DNA of 60,055 bases from Spongospora subterranea f. sp. subterranea (Eukaryota). This document shows positions 59,261 through 60,055 of this stretch, piece after piece (within the stretch, counting starts at the first letter, position 1; every line of letters begins with the position of its first letter). The stretch is taken from contig JAUGWO010000053.1 of NCBI GenBank assembly GCA_049724395.1, forward strand, positions 62,001-122,055, in the 5' to 3' direction. Position numbers and translations under genes: made by a program. The notes beneath the pieces were generated by a model, which saw nothing but the letters and a program-made list of their open reading frames with translations, did not search any database and was not told where the DNA came from.

Positions 59261-60055
59261 TTACAGAGTTCGTGTCAAAGTGCAACGCTCCTTGCCATTG
59301 CACAAATCTCGGCCGAATAATCGGTGTTTACATTTCTGGGTGGACCAAGCCTCTGTAAAAGCGGCTTGATCTCCCTGGAAATGGCCCGTCAGGCACTCCA
59401 TCAACGGTCGTAACGATTGCGAAAAAAACAACCGGAACGGGTTTGAGAATCGGGCGCTATCAACAGCATGGCATTGCTGCCATATCTCCACCAAAAATTG
59501 TAATTTTTGGCTGGTTTTAAGCTTGCCCAGTTGCGAACGATCGATGTCGAAGTCGCCGAACGTTTGCTGCCGACGCTTCTCTACCGCCTGTGATGCAACC
59601 AACGGCTCATTGCTGAGGAGGGAGTCACCAGCTCGCTCGATCTATACCATAATACACGAATGACTTATAATGGAGTAATTGAGATCAGAACAAGTTACCG
59701 ATTCTACATTGGCTACGGCAGCAGCAGTAACTGTTGCAGATTGGCGAACATGTTCTAACATGTCCTGTACAGCGCGGTCGATTTCGACCATCAATTCAGG
59801 CATACTCGCCCTTGCTCTCTGTAGAGCACTGGCGTATCTCTGGAATGGGTCGTCGACGACTTCCTCTCGTTGAAGAATTGCCTGACTTAAAAGTTGGCAG
59901 CTAATACCATGCCCATGATCATCAAATCCGAGGAAGTGCCGCGATTGTAGACGTTGGATATACTCAGAAGCCAAAACAACCAAGCTGCGTAGCTCGTTCC
60001 CCTGGGATGTCGTGAGTGCATGGTCAAGTTTTCTCTGACAACATGCCGGTTTCAA
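59261..60055 (-). CDS. C-terminal part of a hypothetical protein running off the window
   Basis: ORFs 59642-60055 and 59261-59602 on the same strand with coding-like composition; no domain recognised. Confidence 0.35.

Overview
Eukaryotic genomic DNA: short 50-65 bp GT-AG introns and no operon or prokaryotic signals. The layout resembles a compact protist or fungus-like parasite genome such as a plasmodiophorid (inference only). There are two compartments. (1) A GC-rich gene island (~6.2-16.3 kb) holds a class I cyclic-nucleotide phosphodiesterase, an ankyrin-RING protein, a small membrane protein and several unassignable genes. (2) The rest is mostly nested and decayed transposons: a CACTA-like end, pogo, MULE, PIF/Harbinger, three long-spacer Tc1/mariner-like copies, Ty3/gypsy gag-pol pieces, a chromodomain, LINE fragments, SINE-like inserts, a MITE, a solo LTR and a TRIM with identical LTRs. 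Two intronless, signal-peptide-bearing candidate effector genes (28956-30458 and 35128-36771) lie inside the transposon compartment. Most notable: a tail-to-tail foldback of a JmjC dioxygenase pseudogene next to a Ulp1-like protease; an apparently intact three-intron pogo transposase fused to SHOCT and C2H2 domains; a TRIM with a probable self-priming PBS; a GVxxPSF motif shared by the two secreted proteins; and repeated local inverted duplications. All family assignments come from motif recognition by eye; no database search was run.
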